Assembly: GCA_025839675.1 (NCBI GenBank)
Contig: CP104013.1
Coordinates: 5,820,001 to 5,852,000, forward strand
Direction of reading: 5' to 3'
Length of the DNA stretch: 32,000 nucleotides
Source of the DNA: Candidatus Lokiarchaeum ossiferum
Lineage (GTDB): Archaea > Asgardarchaeota > Lokiarchaeia > Sigyniarchaeales > Promethearchaeaceae
In this document: piece by piece, positions 24,829-32,000 of the stretch
How the letters are laid out: every line of letters starts with the position of its first letter
How positions within the stretch are numbered: position 1 is the stretch's first letter
The notes under the pieces: generated by a model
Told to the model about the DNA's origin: nothing
What the model saw: only the letters and a program-made list of their open reading frames with translations
The model's database searches: none
Program-made: the position numbers and the translations under genes

Positions 24829-24833
24829 GTTTA

Positions 24834-24841
24834 TTTTTTTT
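24834..24841 (+). terminator. Oligo-T tract (T8) 6 nt after the paralog B stop
   Basis: tgagttta-tttttttt-cac. Confidence 0.45.
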
Positions 24842-24913
24842 CACTTAATGCTTTTCTTTATCAAATTTTGTAACACCAAACTTATTAAATTTCCACACTA
24901 AAAGATAACTCAA

Positions 24914-25747
24914 ATGAGTTTAATTGAAAAATGGAAAGATATTTGGGCAATTAAGGAAGAAGATCTTCCACGAGAAGAACGGATTTTCAAGAAGGGAAAT
25001 ATATTAATCATAATTATTGCATTCATTATTAGTGCTGGGATTGGTATGGGGATGCTGTATTTAATAAATCGATTGGAACCGATGTTATCTACATTTCCCG
25101 ACGGTATGTACCAAATGAACGCTTGGGCCGCCTCCTATTTCTTATATTTCTTCTGTATGGTTATCCCAATTATTGTCGCGAACATTTTCTATCAAAAAAC
25201 AAAGACTCCTTCCTATGGTTTTTCATCCTTTGCAGGATTTATCGTAGCAGCAATTATGTATTATTTTATTGCTCCCCGGTTTGCTCTTTATACGATTTAC
25301 AGTGTTTCTTTGGCAGTTCTTGGCAACATCCCGAGTCAAAAGGATTATAAATTAAAATGGTATCACATGACTTTTTATTTTGTGCTTGGAATTATTGCAT
25401 GTTATTTCAATATGATATATCAAGTGGAAAGTTATGATGTGTGGGTTTGGTTGCAATTTATTCACTTACATTTATTCGTAGTATTAATCGCATCCGTGAA
25501 AATTCGACAATGGAGTTATATGTATATGTTTGGATGGGCATTTATGGGATTACTTTTTATAATTTTCCCCAACTTTCCGATTTTTGGGCTGGTTGAGCCA
25601 CATAATGTTATCAGCAATCAATTAATTGGAGTGTACAATGTATTTGTTCCACCTTTGCTTGTTATCACCATTTTAACCTATTTCTTCAAAATCCAACGGA
25701 AAACTAACATAGGTTATGGTAAAAAACTTTCCAAGGAAAGTCCATAA
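24914..25747 (+). CDS. Polytopic integral membrane protein, unknown family
   Basis: 277 aa with about 7-8 hydrophobic segments rich in aromatic residues (for example ILIIIIAFIISAGIGMGMLYLI, AASYFLYFFCMVIPIIVANIFY, MTFYFVLGIIACYFNMIY). I recognise no motif. Confidence 0.65.
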   Translation: MSLIEKWKDIWAIKEEDLPREERIFKKGNILIIIIAFIISAGIGMGMLYLINRLEPMLSTFPDGMYQMNAWAASYFLYFFCMVIPIIVANIFYQKTKTPSYGFSSFAGFIVAAIMYYFIAPRFALYTIYSVSLAVLGNIPSQKDYKLKWYHMTFYFVLGIIACYFNMIYQVESYDVWVWLQFIHLHLFVVLIASVKIRQWSYMYMFGWAFMGLLFIIFPNFPIFGLVEPHNVISNQLIGVYNVFVPPLLVITILTYFFKIQRKTNIGYGKKLSKESP

Positions 25748-25768
25748 AGTTAAATGTCAGTTCAACTC

Positions 25769-25775
25769 TTTTTTT
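25769..25775 (+). terminator. Oligo-T tract (T7) after the membrane-protein gene
   Basis: caactc-ttttttt-aatt, 22 nt after the TAA at 25745..25747. Confidence 0.35.
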
Positions 25776-25797
25776 AATTAATTCTATTTGACCAGTG

Positions 25798-26943
25798 ATG
25801 AAGATGAAATCAAAAGCCAACGTATATCTTGCTTCCCCAGTATTCTACGAAATCTCTCAAAATCCTATGGTCTCACCAGACCTCCAAAAGAAAATTGAAG
25901 AATTATTTAATGAATTACGCGAAATCGCAGAAGTTACAATTTCTCCCACACGATTTCCATCAGAAAAGGAACTGATCGAAACAGTTCAAAATAATACCAT
26001 AGATTTTATCGGTTGTCATATATCCCACCCAATTACCTCTTTTATTACTCAAATTCCTTCAGTAAAAGGAATTGCCACCTCCACCATGGGATTCAATCAC
26101 ATTCATATGGAGCCTGGAGTTCTAGTAACTCATACTCCATCAGTGTTAGATAAAACGGTGGCTGATTTTACCATGGCTTTGATCCTTTCAACATTACGAA
26201 ATATCGTGCCATTACATAATGGACTATGGGCAGGGAATTGGATACCGGGTACTAAATGGGATCTTGATGATCAAATGAATCATTCTTTAGATAATATGGT
26301 GGTAGGAATTATCGGAATGGGAGAAATTGGGCGTGAAGTCGTGAAACGCCTTATTCCTTGGAATGTCCAAATTTTGTATTTTGATCTAAAACGAGATGAA
26401 ATTCTTGAAAATCAACTACCAAACCTTTATTACGAATCAAATATTGAAACCATCTTTGCTCAATCCGATGTTATCTCTCTTCATATCCCCTTAAATGCAC
26501 ATACAAAAGGTTATGTCAATGCTGCTTTATTGAAAAAAATGAAACCTCAAGCTCTTTTAGTTAATACTGCTCGTGGTGGAGTCGTTAATTTTGAAGATCT
26601 TCTTCAATTGTTAGAACTAAACGAAATTGCGATACATTTAGCGTTTGATGTCTATGAACCTGAACCAATTTCTCCAGAGATTTTGGAGAGATTTCATAAA
26701 ATTTCCAAACAACACCCCGAGTTACGTTTTGTATTTATTCCCCATAATGCGAGTTCAGACGCGAATACTCGGGCCAAAATGAGCATCATGATGCTTTCTG
26801 ACTTAATTTTACTGGCAAAAAGTAAGAATTTACAAGATTTAGCCCCGATCCACTTGATACCTCCCCAAAAAGATTTATTACAAAAAAATGCAATCCCGCC
26901 CTCGAAAATCAGAAATTATCGAATTTTTCAATGGTGGGAGTAA
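25798..26943 (+). CDS. D-isomer-specific 2-hydroxyacid dehydrogenase family, NAD-binding
   Basis: VGIIGMGEIGREVVKRL (GxGxxG), LVNTARGGVV (catalytic Arg context), DVYEPEP (Glu) and IPHNASS (His). It has a C-terminal extension of about 60 aa beyond the usual end. The ATG at 25798 directly follows the GTG at 25795. Confidence 0.85.
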   Translation: MKMKSKANVYLASPVFYEISQNPMVSPDLQKKIEELFNELREIAEVTISPTRFPSEKELIETVQNNTIDFIGCHISHPITSFITQIPSVKGIATSTMGFNHIHMEPGVLVTHTPSVLDKTVADFTMALILSTLRNIVPLHNGLWAGNWIPGTKWDLDDQMNHSLDNMVVGIIGMGEIGREVVKRLIPWNVQILYFDLKRDEILENQLPNLYYESNIETIFAQSDVISLHIPLNAHTKGYVNAALLKKMKPQALLVNTARGGVVNFEDLLQLLELNEIAIHLAFDVYEPEPISPEILERFHKISKQHPELRFVFIPHNASSDANTRAKMSIMMLSDLILLAKSKNLQDLAPIHLIPPQKDLLQKNAIPPSKIRNYRIFQWWE

Positions 26944-27017
26944 ATCTCGTAAAATTCTCACCATTTGAATATCATGAACGAAATGGAATATTCGGAATTT
27001 GAAAAATTTTTTGAATA

Positions 27018-28814
27018 ATGCGAACTTTTTACTGCTTGATTAAAATGAATGGCATTAAATGGGTTTCACGATTATTCCTTAAGTACAAAGGACAAACATT
27101 TTATGTTGCTACCTTCGCTATAGTAGAGGTTCTTCTCTTCATGGTACCAATTTCAATCACCGCGGATGTCATTGAAATTGCCATTGAGGGAGGCGGATTA
27201 GCGGCAGCAAAAGGAAAAATTTGGTTACTTTTAGGATTGGCCATCATTCAAGCTCTAATCTTCTTTTCTATCTCTTTCATTAATGAAGTTTTAGCTCACC
27301 GCATTCAGACTGATATGACTCAAGAATTATTTGAATCACTACAATTTCGTTCCTTGACCTACCATAATACAAAGGATGTGGGAAACATCATGGCTCGAGC
27401 TACAGGAGATACTCGGACTATTAATATCGCGATATCTCCCGCTATTAGATTTCTCCTAGCAAGTTTTGTCATTTGGGTTGTAGCTTTTATTTTAACTCTA
27501 CAAATTCATTGGATTTTATTTATGTATTCCATTTTCATTTTTGTTCTCTTTGGAATCACGAGTTACTTCTATGTTCAAAATCTTATTCCAATTAGCTTAA
27601 AAACTCGTGAGTCTTTTGCTGAAATATCTGAGACCGTCAATAATAATTTGACCGGTGTGAAGGAATTAAAATCCTTTGTCGCGATTGGCTGGGCAAAACG
27701 AAAAATGGGAAAAAAATCTCAACAATTAATGCAAAATGAAATTCGTGAGGGCAATAAAATGGCGTGGTTTTATCCAATTTTAATAGTGACCTTTTATTGT
27801 GCTTCTATTTTAATAATTAGTATCTTTTTGAATTTTCAAGGTGGATATGGTATTGGTATTCCAGATATAGTGAGAATTGCAGGATCTGTTTCATTGTTAT
27901 TGGGGATGTCTGAAGAACTTGGTTGGTGTCTGGAATTTCTAATAAGAGGTAAAACTGCTGCTGATCGAATCTATTCTATTGTTTCTGAGAAGGATTCTGG
28001 AGCGTTTTCCGATGGGAAAAATATTTTTGATAATAAACCCTCTACTATTGAATTTAAGAATGTTGATTTTCGCTATCGGGAGGATTTACCCAAGGTATTA
28101 AAACAAATTTCTCTTAAAGTTGAAGAAAATCAAACTGTGGCTGTTGTGGGTGGTCCCGGATCTGGTAAATCTACTCTGACTCAATTGATTCAACGTTTAT
28201 ACATACCAACTGCTGGTGAAATTTTACTGGGTGGTATCCCAATTCAAGATTACACGAATGAATCCTTAAGGAAGAATATTTCAACAGTGGAACAAGATAT
28301 ATTCCTATTTAATTCCAGTGTTAAAGATAATATTCGGTATGGAAAACCAGATGCTTCGGATGAGGAAGTTTTCAAAGTTGCAAAAATTGCCGAAGCGGAT
28401 GAATTTATTAAAGAATTACCTAATGGATATGAAAATCTTATAGGTGAGGGAGGAGTACGATTGTCTGGAGGGCAAGCTCAACGTTTATCTATTGCTCGTG
28501 CTCTTCTCGTGAATCCCTCTATTCTTTTAATGGATGATGGAGCTTCTGCTTTGGATTCCCGAACCGAAGCTCGAATTCAGAAAGCAATAACGGAAATCCT
28601 AAAAACTCGAACTACTCTTATAACTACCCATCGATTGGCCATAATTGCTAAGGCTGATTTAGTTATTATTTTAGAGAAGGGAGAGATCGTAGGACTCGGG
28701 ACCCACGAATCATTAATTCGAACCAATTCCTATTATCGACGTCTCTTTGAAAAACATTACGATTTACCAAAACTTGAACAAACGACTAGTACGGAGGTGG
28801 CCATTGATGTCTGA
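27018..28814 (+). CDS. ABC exporter half-transporter (TMD-NBD), subunit with non-canonical catalytic residue
   Basis: Six-helix TMD. Walker A is GGPGSGKST, the signature is LSGGQAQR, and the H-loop is TTHRL. Walker B reads ILLMDD, so Asp replaces the catalytic Glu. An alternative start at ATG 27045 (MNGIKWVSRLFLKYKG) is possible. Confidence 0.9.
   Translation: MRTFYCLIKMNGIKWVSRLFLKYKGQTFYVATFAIVEVLLFMVPISITADVIEIAIEGGGLAAAKGKIWLLLGLAIIQALIFFSISFINEVLAHRIQTDMTQELFESLQFRSLTYHNTKDVGNIMARATGDTRTINIAISPAIRFLLASFVIWVVAFILTLQIHWILFMYSIFIFVLFGITSYFYVQNLIPISLKTRESFAEISETVNNNLTGVKELKSFVAIGWAKRKMGKKSQQLMQNEIREGNKMAWFYPILIVTFYCASILIISIFLNFQGGYGIGIPDIVRIAGSVSLLLGMSEELGWCLEFLIRGKTAADRIYSIVSEKDSGAFSDGKNIFDNKPSTIEFKNVDFRYREDLPKVLKQISLKVEENQTVAVVGGPGSGKSTLTQLIQRLYIPTAGEILLGGIPIQDYTNESLRKNISTVEQDIFLFNSSVKDNIRYGKPDASDEEVFKVAKIAEADEFIKELPNGYENLIGEGGVRLSGGQAQRLSIARALLVNPSILLMDDGASALDSRTEARIQKAITEILKTRTTLITTHRLAIIAKADLVIILEKGEIVGLGTHESLIRTNSYYRRLFEKHYDLPKLEQTTSTEVAIDV
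28793..28799 (+). promoter_or_regulatory. Shine-Dalgarno GGAGGTG 7 nt upstream of the second ABC gene start
   Basis: acGGAGGTGgccattgATGtcTGA. The ATG at 28807 overlaps the end of the upstream gene (stop 28812..28814). Confidence 0.55.
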
Positions 28815-30699
28815 AACTAATTATGAACCAAAATCTACCAACAAATCTAAAGTTAAGGCTAAAAAGATAGCTAATACTAACGCTAAAATTAAAGAAAAAG
28901 CTAAGACAAAAACCGCTAAAAGATCGGATCGTGAGCTTTTGTCATTTCTTTGGAGTTATATCCGACCTTATAAGAAAGAATACATTCAAGTTTCTGCCTT
29001 ACTTCTTTTGAATGTTGCCTTTGCTACCTTGGCTCCGATTTTCTTTAGAAACGCGTTGGATATCCTAGATAATTTAGAAATTGTTCGGTCAATTTCCATT
29101 ATACTTCCTTCTTTGATTATCTATTTAATCCTGATGATTGCAAAGTGGTTTGCTGAAGTGTTCCGGAATGTTTTCCGTGTTCAATTGAATTCTAAAGTGA
29201 CCAAAGATTTACGGGAAGATATTTTTCAAAGTATTTTAGATAACAAAATGGGTTTCTTTGATCATAATGAATCAGGTGTACTAACCAGCCGAATAACGAA
29301 TGATATTGCTGAATTGAGTGAAACTAGTCAGCGATTTGTAGAATTGTTGACCATGTTTGTTCGATTGATAGTAATCGTGGGGATTTTTCTATCATATTCT
29401 CCCGTTTTAACCTTTGTATCCATTGTATTTCTTCCCTTTTTCTTTCTCTTTTCAGTTTTAATTCGTAAGTATATGCGACACGCGGAAAAAACATGGAGGA
29501 AAAATTTTGCTAATGTAAATCAGCGCTTTAGTGAAACTATGCGTTCTATTGCCATTAGTAAAGCATTTGCGCGGGAAGAAGAAAATATTCGCAATTTTAC
29601 CCAACTCAATGAACAAACCTACAAATCTTCTATTAAACGAGGTTTAGCTATTTTTCTTATGGGTCCCATTGGTGATTTCTTCCGCCATGTTTTGCTAATT
29701 ATTATTTTATTGGTGGGAACCATGCAAAATGAAGCTGGTAATCTCTCTGTGGCGACTTTTTATTTCTTCATCTTCTTATTGGATTATTACTATTATCCGG
29801 TGATGGGGTTGGCACGCAATTACAGTCGATTTCAAGCACTCTTTGCTAATCTTGAAAAAATCTTGGAAATAACCTCTAACATTGAAGTCAAAGAAATTAA
29901 TAATGCTTCAGTTCCAATTTCTGAACTTAGAGGGGATATTAAATTTGAACATGTAAATTTTGCTTATACGGAAGAAAAACAAATTCTCCAAGACATATCA
30001 TTTCATGTCAAATCCGGTCAACGAGTTGCCTTAGTGGGGAATACTGGATCGGGTAAAACCACAATTGCTTCTCTTTTAATGCGTTTTTATGATATACAAG
30101 AAGGACAAATATTAATTGATGATCATCCGATCCAAGATTATGATATTTCTTCTTTACGGAATGCGATAGGTCTGGTAAGTCAGCGAGTACTGTTATTCAA
30201 AGGAACTATACGCGAAAATTTATTGCTGGCCTATCCTGAGGCTACCGATGACCATTTGTGGAGTGCTTTAGATGCTGTTCAAGCCCGAGAATTTATTGAA
30301 TTGTTGCCCGATGGATTAGATTCGAAAGTATCCGATGGGGGGAATAACTTATCTGCTGGTCAACGTCAAATGATCACTTTTGCCCGTGTTTTACTTGGAA
30401 ATCCCCAAATGATCATCCTTGATGAGGCCACATCTGCAGTCGATCTTTATACCGAATCCAAAATTCAAGATTCTACCGATCTCCTCTTAAAGGGAAGAAC
30501 TAGTATTGTAATTGCTCATCGTTTGACCACTATTTTAAAAAGTGATCTCATAATTGTCTTAGAAGATGGAATGTTGCGTCAATTTGGGACCCATAATGAG
30601 TTAATGGCTGTAGATGGCCCCTATCAAGAAATGTATCAGTTATATTTCAAAACTCAATCCGCCAAGTATTTAGAAAATATTAAAACGGCTGCGAGCTAA
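28807..30699 (+). CDS. ABC exporter half-transporter (TMD-NBD), canonical catalytic subunit with Lys-rich N-terminal extension
   Basis: Walker A is GNTGSGKTT, Walker B is MIILDEATSAVD with a canonical Glu, and the H-loop is IAHRL. The signature is LSAGQRQM, which is non-canonical. The N terminus reads MSETNYEPKSTNKSKVKAKKIANTNAKIKEKAKTKTAKRS. The ORF-track start (TTG 28747) lies inside the upstream gene, so I prefer the ATG at 28807 with its SD. Confidence 0.9.
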   Translation: MSETNYEPKSTNKSKVKAKKIANTNAKIKEKAKTKTAKRSDRELLSFLWSYIRPYKKEYIQVSALLLLNVAFATLAPIFFRNALDILDNLEIVRSISIILPSLIIYLILMIAKWFAEVFRNVFRVQLNSKVTKDLREDIFQSILDNKMGFFDHNESGVLTSRITNDIAELSETSQRFVELLTMFVRLIVIVGIFLSYSPVLTFVSIVFLPFFFLFSVLIRKYMRHAEKTWRKNFANVNQRFSETMRSIAISKAFAREEENIRNFTQLNEQTYKSSIKRGLAIFLMGPIGDFFRHVLLIIILLVGTMQNEAGNLSVATFYFFIFLLDYYYYPVMGLARNYSRFQALFANLEKILEITSNIEVKEINNASVPISELRGDIKFEHVNFAYTEEKQILQDISFHVKSGQRVALVGNTGSGKTTIASLLMRFYDIQEGQILIDDHPIQDYDISSLRNAIGLVSQRVLLFKGTIRENLLLAYPEATDDHLWSALDAVQAREFIELLPDGLDSKVSDGGNNLSAGQRQMITFARVLLGNPQMIILDEATSAVDLYTESKIQDSTDLLLKGRTSIVIAHRLTTILKSDLIIVLEDGMLRQFGTHNELMAVDGPYQEMYQLYFKTQSAKYLENIKTAAS

Positions 30700-30701
30700 T
30701 C

Positions 30702-30707
30702 TTTTTT
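30702..30707 (+). terminator. Oligo-T tract (T6) 3 nt after the ABC operon stop
   Basis: taatc-tttttt-cttttccattttt. Confidence 0.35.
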
Positions 30708-30765
30708 CTTTTCCATTTTTCCCGAAACCTTTTTCATCCTTTACATCCAAATTAATGTACGGAAG

Positions 30766-31524
30766 ATGGGATCTTATAACAAAAGTTTGAAACAATTAAT
30801 AGATGATGATCCGGAAATACGAATCAAGGCTTTGCGAGTTTTAGGTGATCAGAAGGCCTCGGAATGTCTTTCTGATATTATACGCATAATTGAAAAAGAT
30901 ACTGATGATAATGTAAAACTTGAAGCCGTTGTTACCTTGGGTAAGATCGGAGACATTTCAGCAGGAGATATTCTTTTACCCTTTTTAGAATCCGACGATA
31001 TACCTTTAATCATGGAATGTGTTAATGTTTTAGGGCTCTTCTGTGCAAATGGATATACAAAGGGAATTCCACCAATCGAAAAACTTATCGATCATCCTAA
31101 TTTTCGCGTCCGCAAATTTGCCATTGATGCTTTGGGAAAAGCAGGATCCTCTTCATCCCTCCAATTATTGTTTGATCATTTAAAGAAAGAAGAAACTTCG
31201 ATTGAAACTAAACAACTCGTAGCCACGGCGATCGGTCAAATTGGGGGATCGGAAGCCATCAATATTTTAAAATTATTAATATCTCCGAATGATGAAGTCG
31301 CAGAATCTGTAATGGAAGTTAGACGGGCTGCAATTTATGCTCTCGGGGAATCAAAGAAAACTGCTGCGCTTGATATTTTAGGCAAAATTTATAACAATAA
31401 AGAAGAACATAAGATCATTCGGAAATACGCTGAGGAAGCCATTAAAAAGACCATTTTAGGTGCAAAACAAGACTTTTTGGCAATCAAACAAAGAGCCGAA
31501 GATGTCTTGAAAGGAAAAAAATAA
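30766..31524 (+). CDS. HEAT-repeat protein (PBS-lyase HEAT-like repeats)
   Basis: Repeats of the form D.d..vR..Av.aLGkiG...a...L recur: IRIKALRVLGDQKASECL, VKLEAVVTLGKIGD, FRVRKFAIDALGKAGSSSSL, VRRAAIYALGESKKTAAL. Confidence 0.8.
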   Translation: MGSYNKSLKQLIDDDPEIRIKALRVLGDQKASECLSDIIRIIEKDTDDNVKLEAVVTLGKIGDISAGDILLPFLESDDIPLIMECVNVLGLFCANGYTKGIPPIEKLIDHPNFRVRKFAIDALGKAGSSSSLQLLFDHLKKEETSIETKQLVATAIGQIGGSEAINILKLLISPNDEVAESVMEVRRAAIYALGESKKTAALDILGKIYNNKEEHKIIRKYAEEAIKKTILGAKQDFLAIKQRAEDVLKGKK

Positions 31525-31528
31525 AGTG

Positions 31529-32000
31529 ATGCAAATGGCTGATATTCGCGCTTTTTTTGCAATTGAAATAGAAAATCAAGATACTCTTGAGAAAATTGGT
31601 AAATTCCAGCAAGAATTGCAGAAATCCATTGGTCCCTTAAAATTAGTGAAACCGGAGTTGATGCATATTACATTGCGGTTTCTCGGTAATATTTCAGAAC
31701 AGAATGCTCAAAATCTCCTTGAATTTCTTCAAAAGGAGATTAACTCTGTATTCTTTCCTCAAGGAAAAGTATATTCGAGTTTCTTTAAGGGGGTTGGTGA
31801 TTTTGGAAAGCGGGTGTTCTTTGTTAAGATTCAGGAACAACACGATTTCCTCCAAAAACTTAATTCCCTAATAGAAGCAAAACTAACCGAATTCTCTGGA
31901 ATTAAAGCTGAATCAAAACCATTCACTCCCCATTTAACAATTGCTCGTGCTAAAAGATCTCGCCATTCTTCTCGATCGAATCAAATTATTCATGCGAATG
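31529..32000 (+). CDS. thpR: RNA 2',3'-cyclic phosphodiesterase (2H phosphoesterase, ThpR/LigT family), C-terminally truncated by the window edge
   Basis: Own translation: MQMADIRAFFAIEIENQDTLEKIGKFQQELQKSIGPLKLVKPELMHITLRFLGNI...SKPFTPHLTIARAK... Both H-x-T/S-x motifs (HITL, HLTI) have the spacing typical of 2H phosphoesterases. It starts 4 nt after the HEAT gene stop. Confidence 0.8.
   Translation, partial: MQMADIRAFFAIEIENQDTLEKIGKFQQELQKSIGPLKLVKPELMHITLRFLGNISEQNAQNLLEFLQKEINSVFFPQGKVYSSFFKGVGDFGKRVFFVKIQEQHDFLQKLNSLIEAKLTEFSGIKAESKPFTPHLTIARAKRSRHSSRSNQIIHAN

Noticed and set aside
813-25350. Many ORF-track entries lie antisense to, or out of frame within, larger genes. They are 813..1094, 2829..3047, 4087..4341, 4372..4596, 4978..5163, 6543..6761, 8027..8302, 8357..8656, 9528..9716, 10540..10758, 10759..10947, 10891..11088, 12426..12710, 12759..13070, 13030..13332, 13576..13860, 16115..16426, 17088..17375, 19384..19674, 21105..21573 (three ORFs), 23744..23992 and 25123..25350.
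   Set aside because: Each overlaps a longer ORF with clear family motifs. Their products are low-complexity or motif-free. AT-rich genomes produce long stop-free shadow frames. I treat them as non-coding.
26974-27018. A 14-codon mini-ORF (MNEMEYSEFEKFFE) has a TAA that overlaps the ATG at 27018 of the first ABC gene (TAATG).
   Set aside because: ORFs this short are expected by chance. The true ABC start may be ATG 27045, which would remove the coupling. There is no SD or other support. It is worth a look only if Ribo-seq data exist.
28747-28806. Extended N termini in the ORF track come from TTG/GTG codons. Examples are 28747 for ABC subunit 2, 5685 for SDR1, 13571 for PiT, 12691 for nitroreductase, 15189 for the membrane protein, 21074, 25795 and 3610.
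   Set aside because: Downstream in-frame ATGs give N termini that match family norms. In three cases they are preceded by SD motifs. The extensions overlap upstream genes or encode implausible leader sequence.
1-32000. Possibility that the window is eukaryotic (for example a compact AT-rich microbial eukaryote), raised by the human-like TyrRS.
   Set aside because: Genes are packed on both strands with overlapping start/stop codons and SD motifs, and no introns are visible. The content is prokaryotic: DUF47-PiT pair, Isf, nitroreductase, bacterial-type ABC half-transporters, LVIVD and PbH1 surface proteins. An archaeal origin is far more likely.
1-32000. Search for CRISPR arrays, transposases/integrases, prophage genes, toxin-antitoxin pairs and classical defence-system genes.
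   Set aside because: I found no direct-repeat/spacer arrays, no recombinase or nuclease motifs and no terminal inverted repeats. The only tandem DNA repeat is the 14-bp promoter-region duplication at 12736..12763.

Overview
AT-rich, gene-dense window with about 30 protein-coding genes. I found no rRNA, tRNA, CRISPR array, transposase or integrase by eye. The organism looks archaeal, possibly an Asgard/Loki-like lineage, though that is only a guess. Supporting signs are a short archaeal/eukaryotic-type TyrRS with strikingly eukaryote-like sequence blocks, an Isf-type iron-sulfur flavoprotein, oligo-T tracts after most genes, GGAGGTG Shine-Dalgarno motifs only in front of operon-internal genes, and large sequon-rich beta-helix and LVIVD surface proteins. 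Left to right the window holds: a truncated beta-lactamase-family hydrolase; an 890-aa PbH1 beta-helix surface protein; flavodoxin plus two small orphan ORFs; two tandem SDRs; an M28 peptidase interrupted by TM hairpins; an LVIVD propeller; an ArsB/NhaD-like permease; Isf plus nitroreductase; a DUF47-PiT phosphate uptake pair; an ICMT-like membrane protein; TyrRS; a cytoplasmic GH31 hydrolase; hemerythrin plus agmatinase; and a coiled-coil/zinc-ribbon protein. From 22.4 to 30.7 kb there is a co-directional accessory block: GNAT, two translationally coupled membrane-anchored hexapeptide-repeat (LbH) paralogs, an orphan polytopic membrane protein, a D-2-hydroxyacid dehydrogenase and a heterodimeric ABC exporter with one degenerate ATP site. 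A HEAT-repeat protein and a truncated 2H phosphoesterase (ThpR) follow. The best candidate for something undescribed is the TM-LbH pair, which resembles stand-alone copies of the TM-flanked condensation modules of Pls/PosA-type synthetases, together with its neighbours. All function calls rest on motif recognition by eye; no searches were run.
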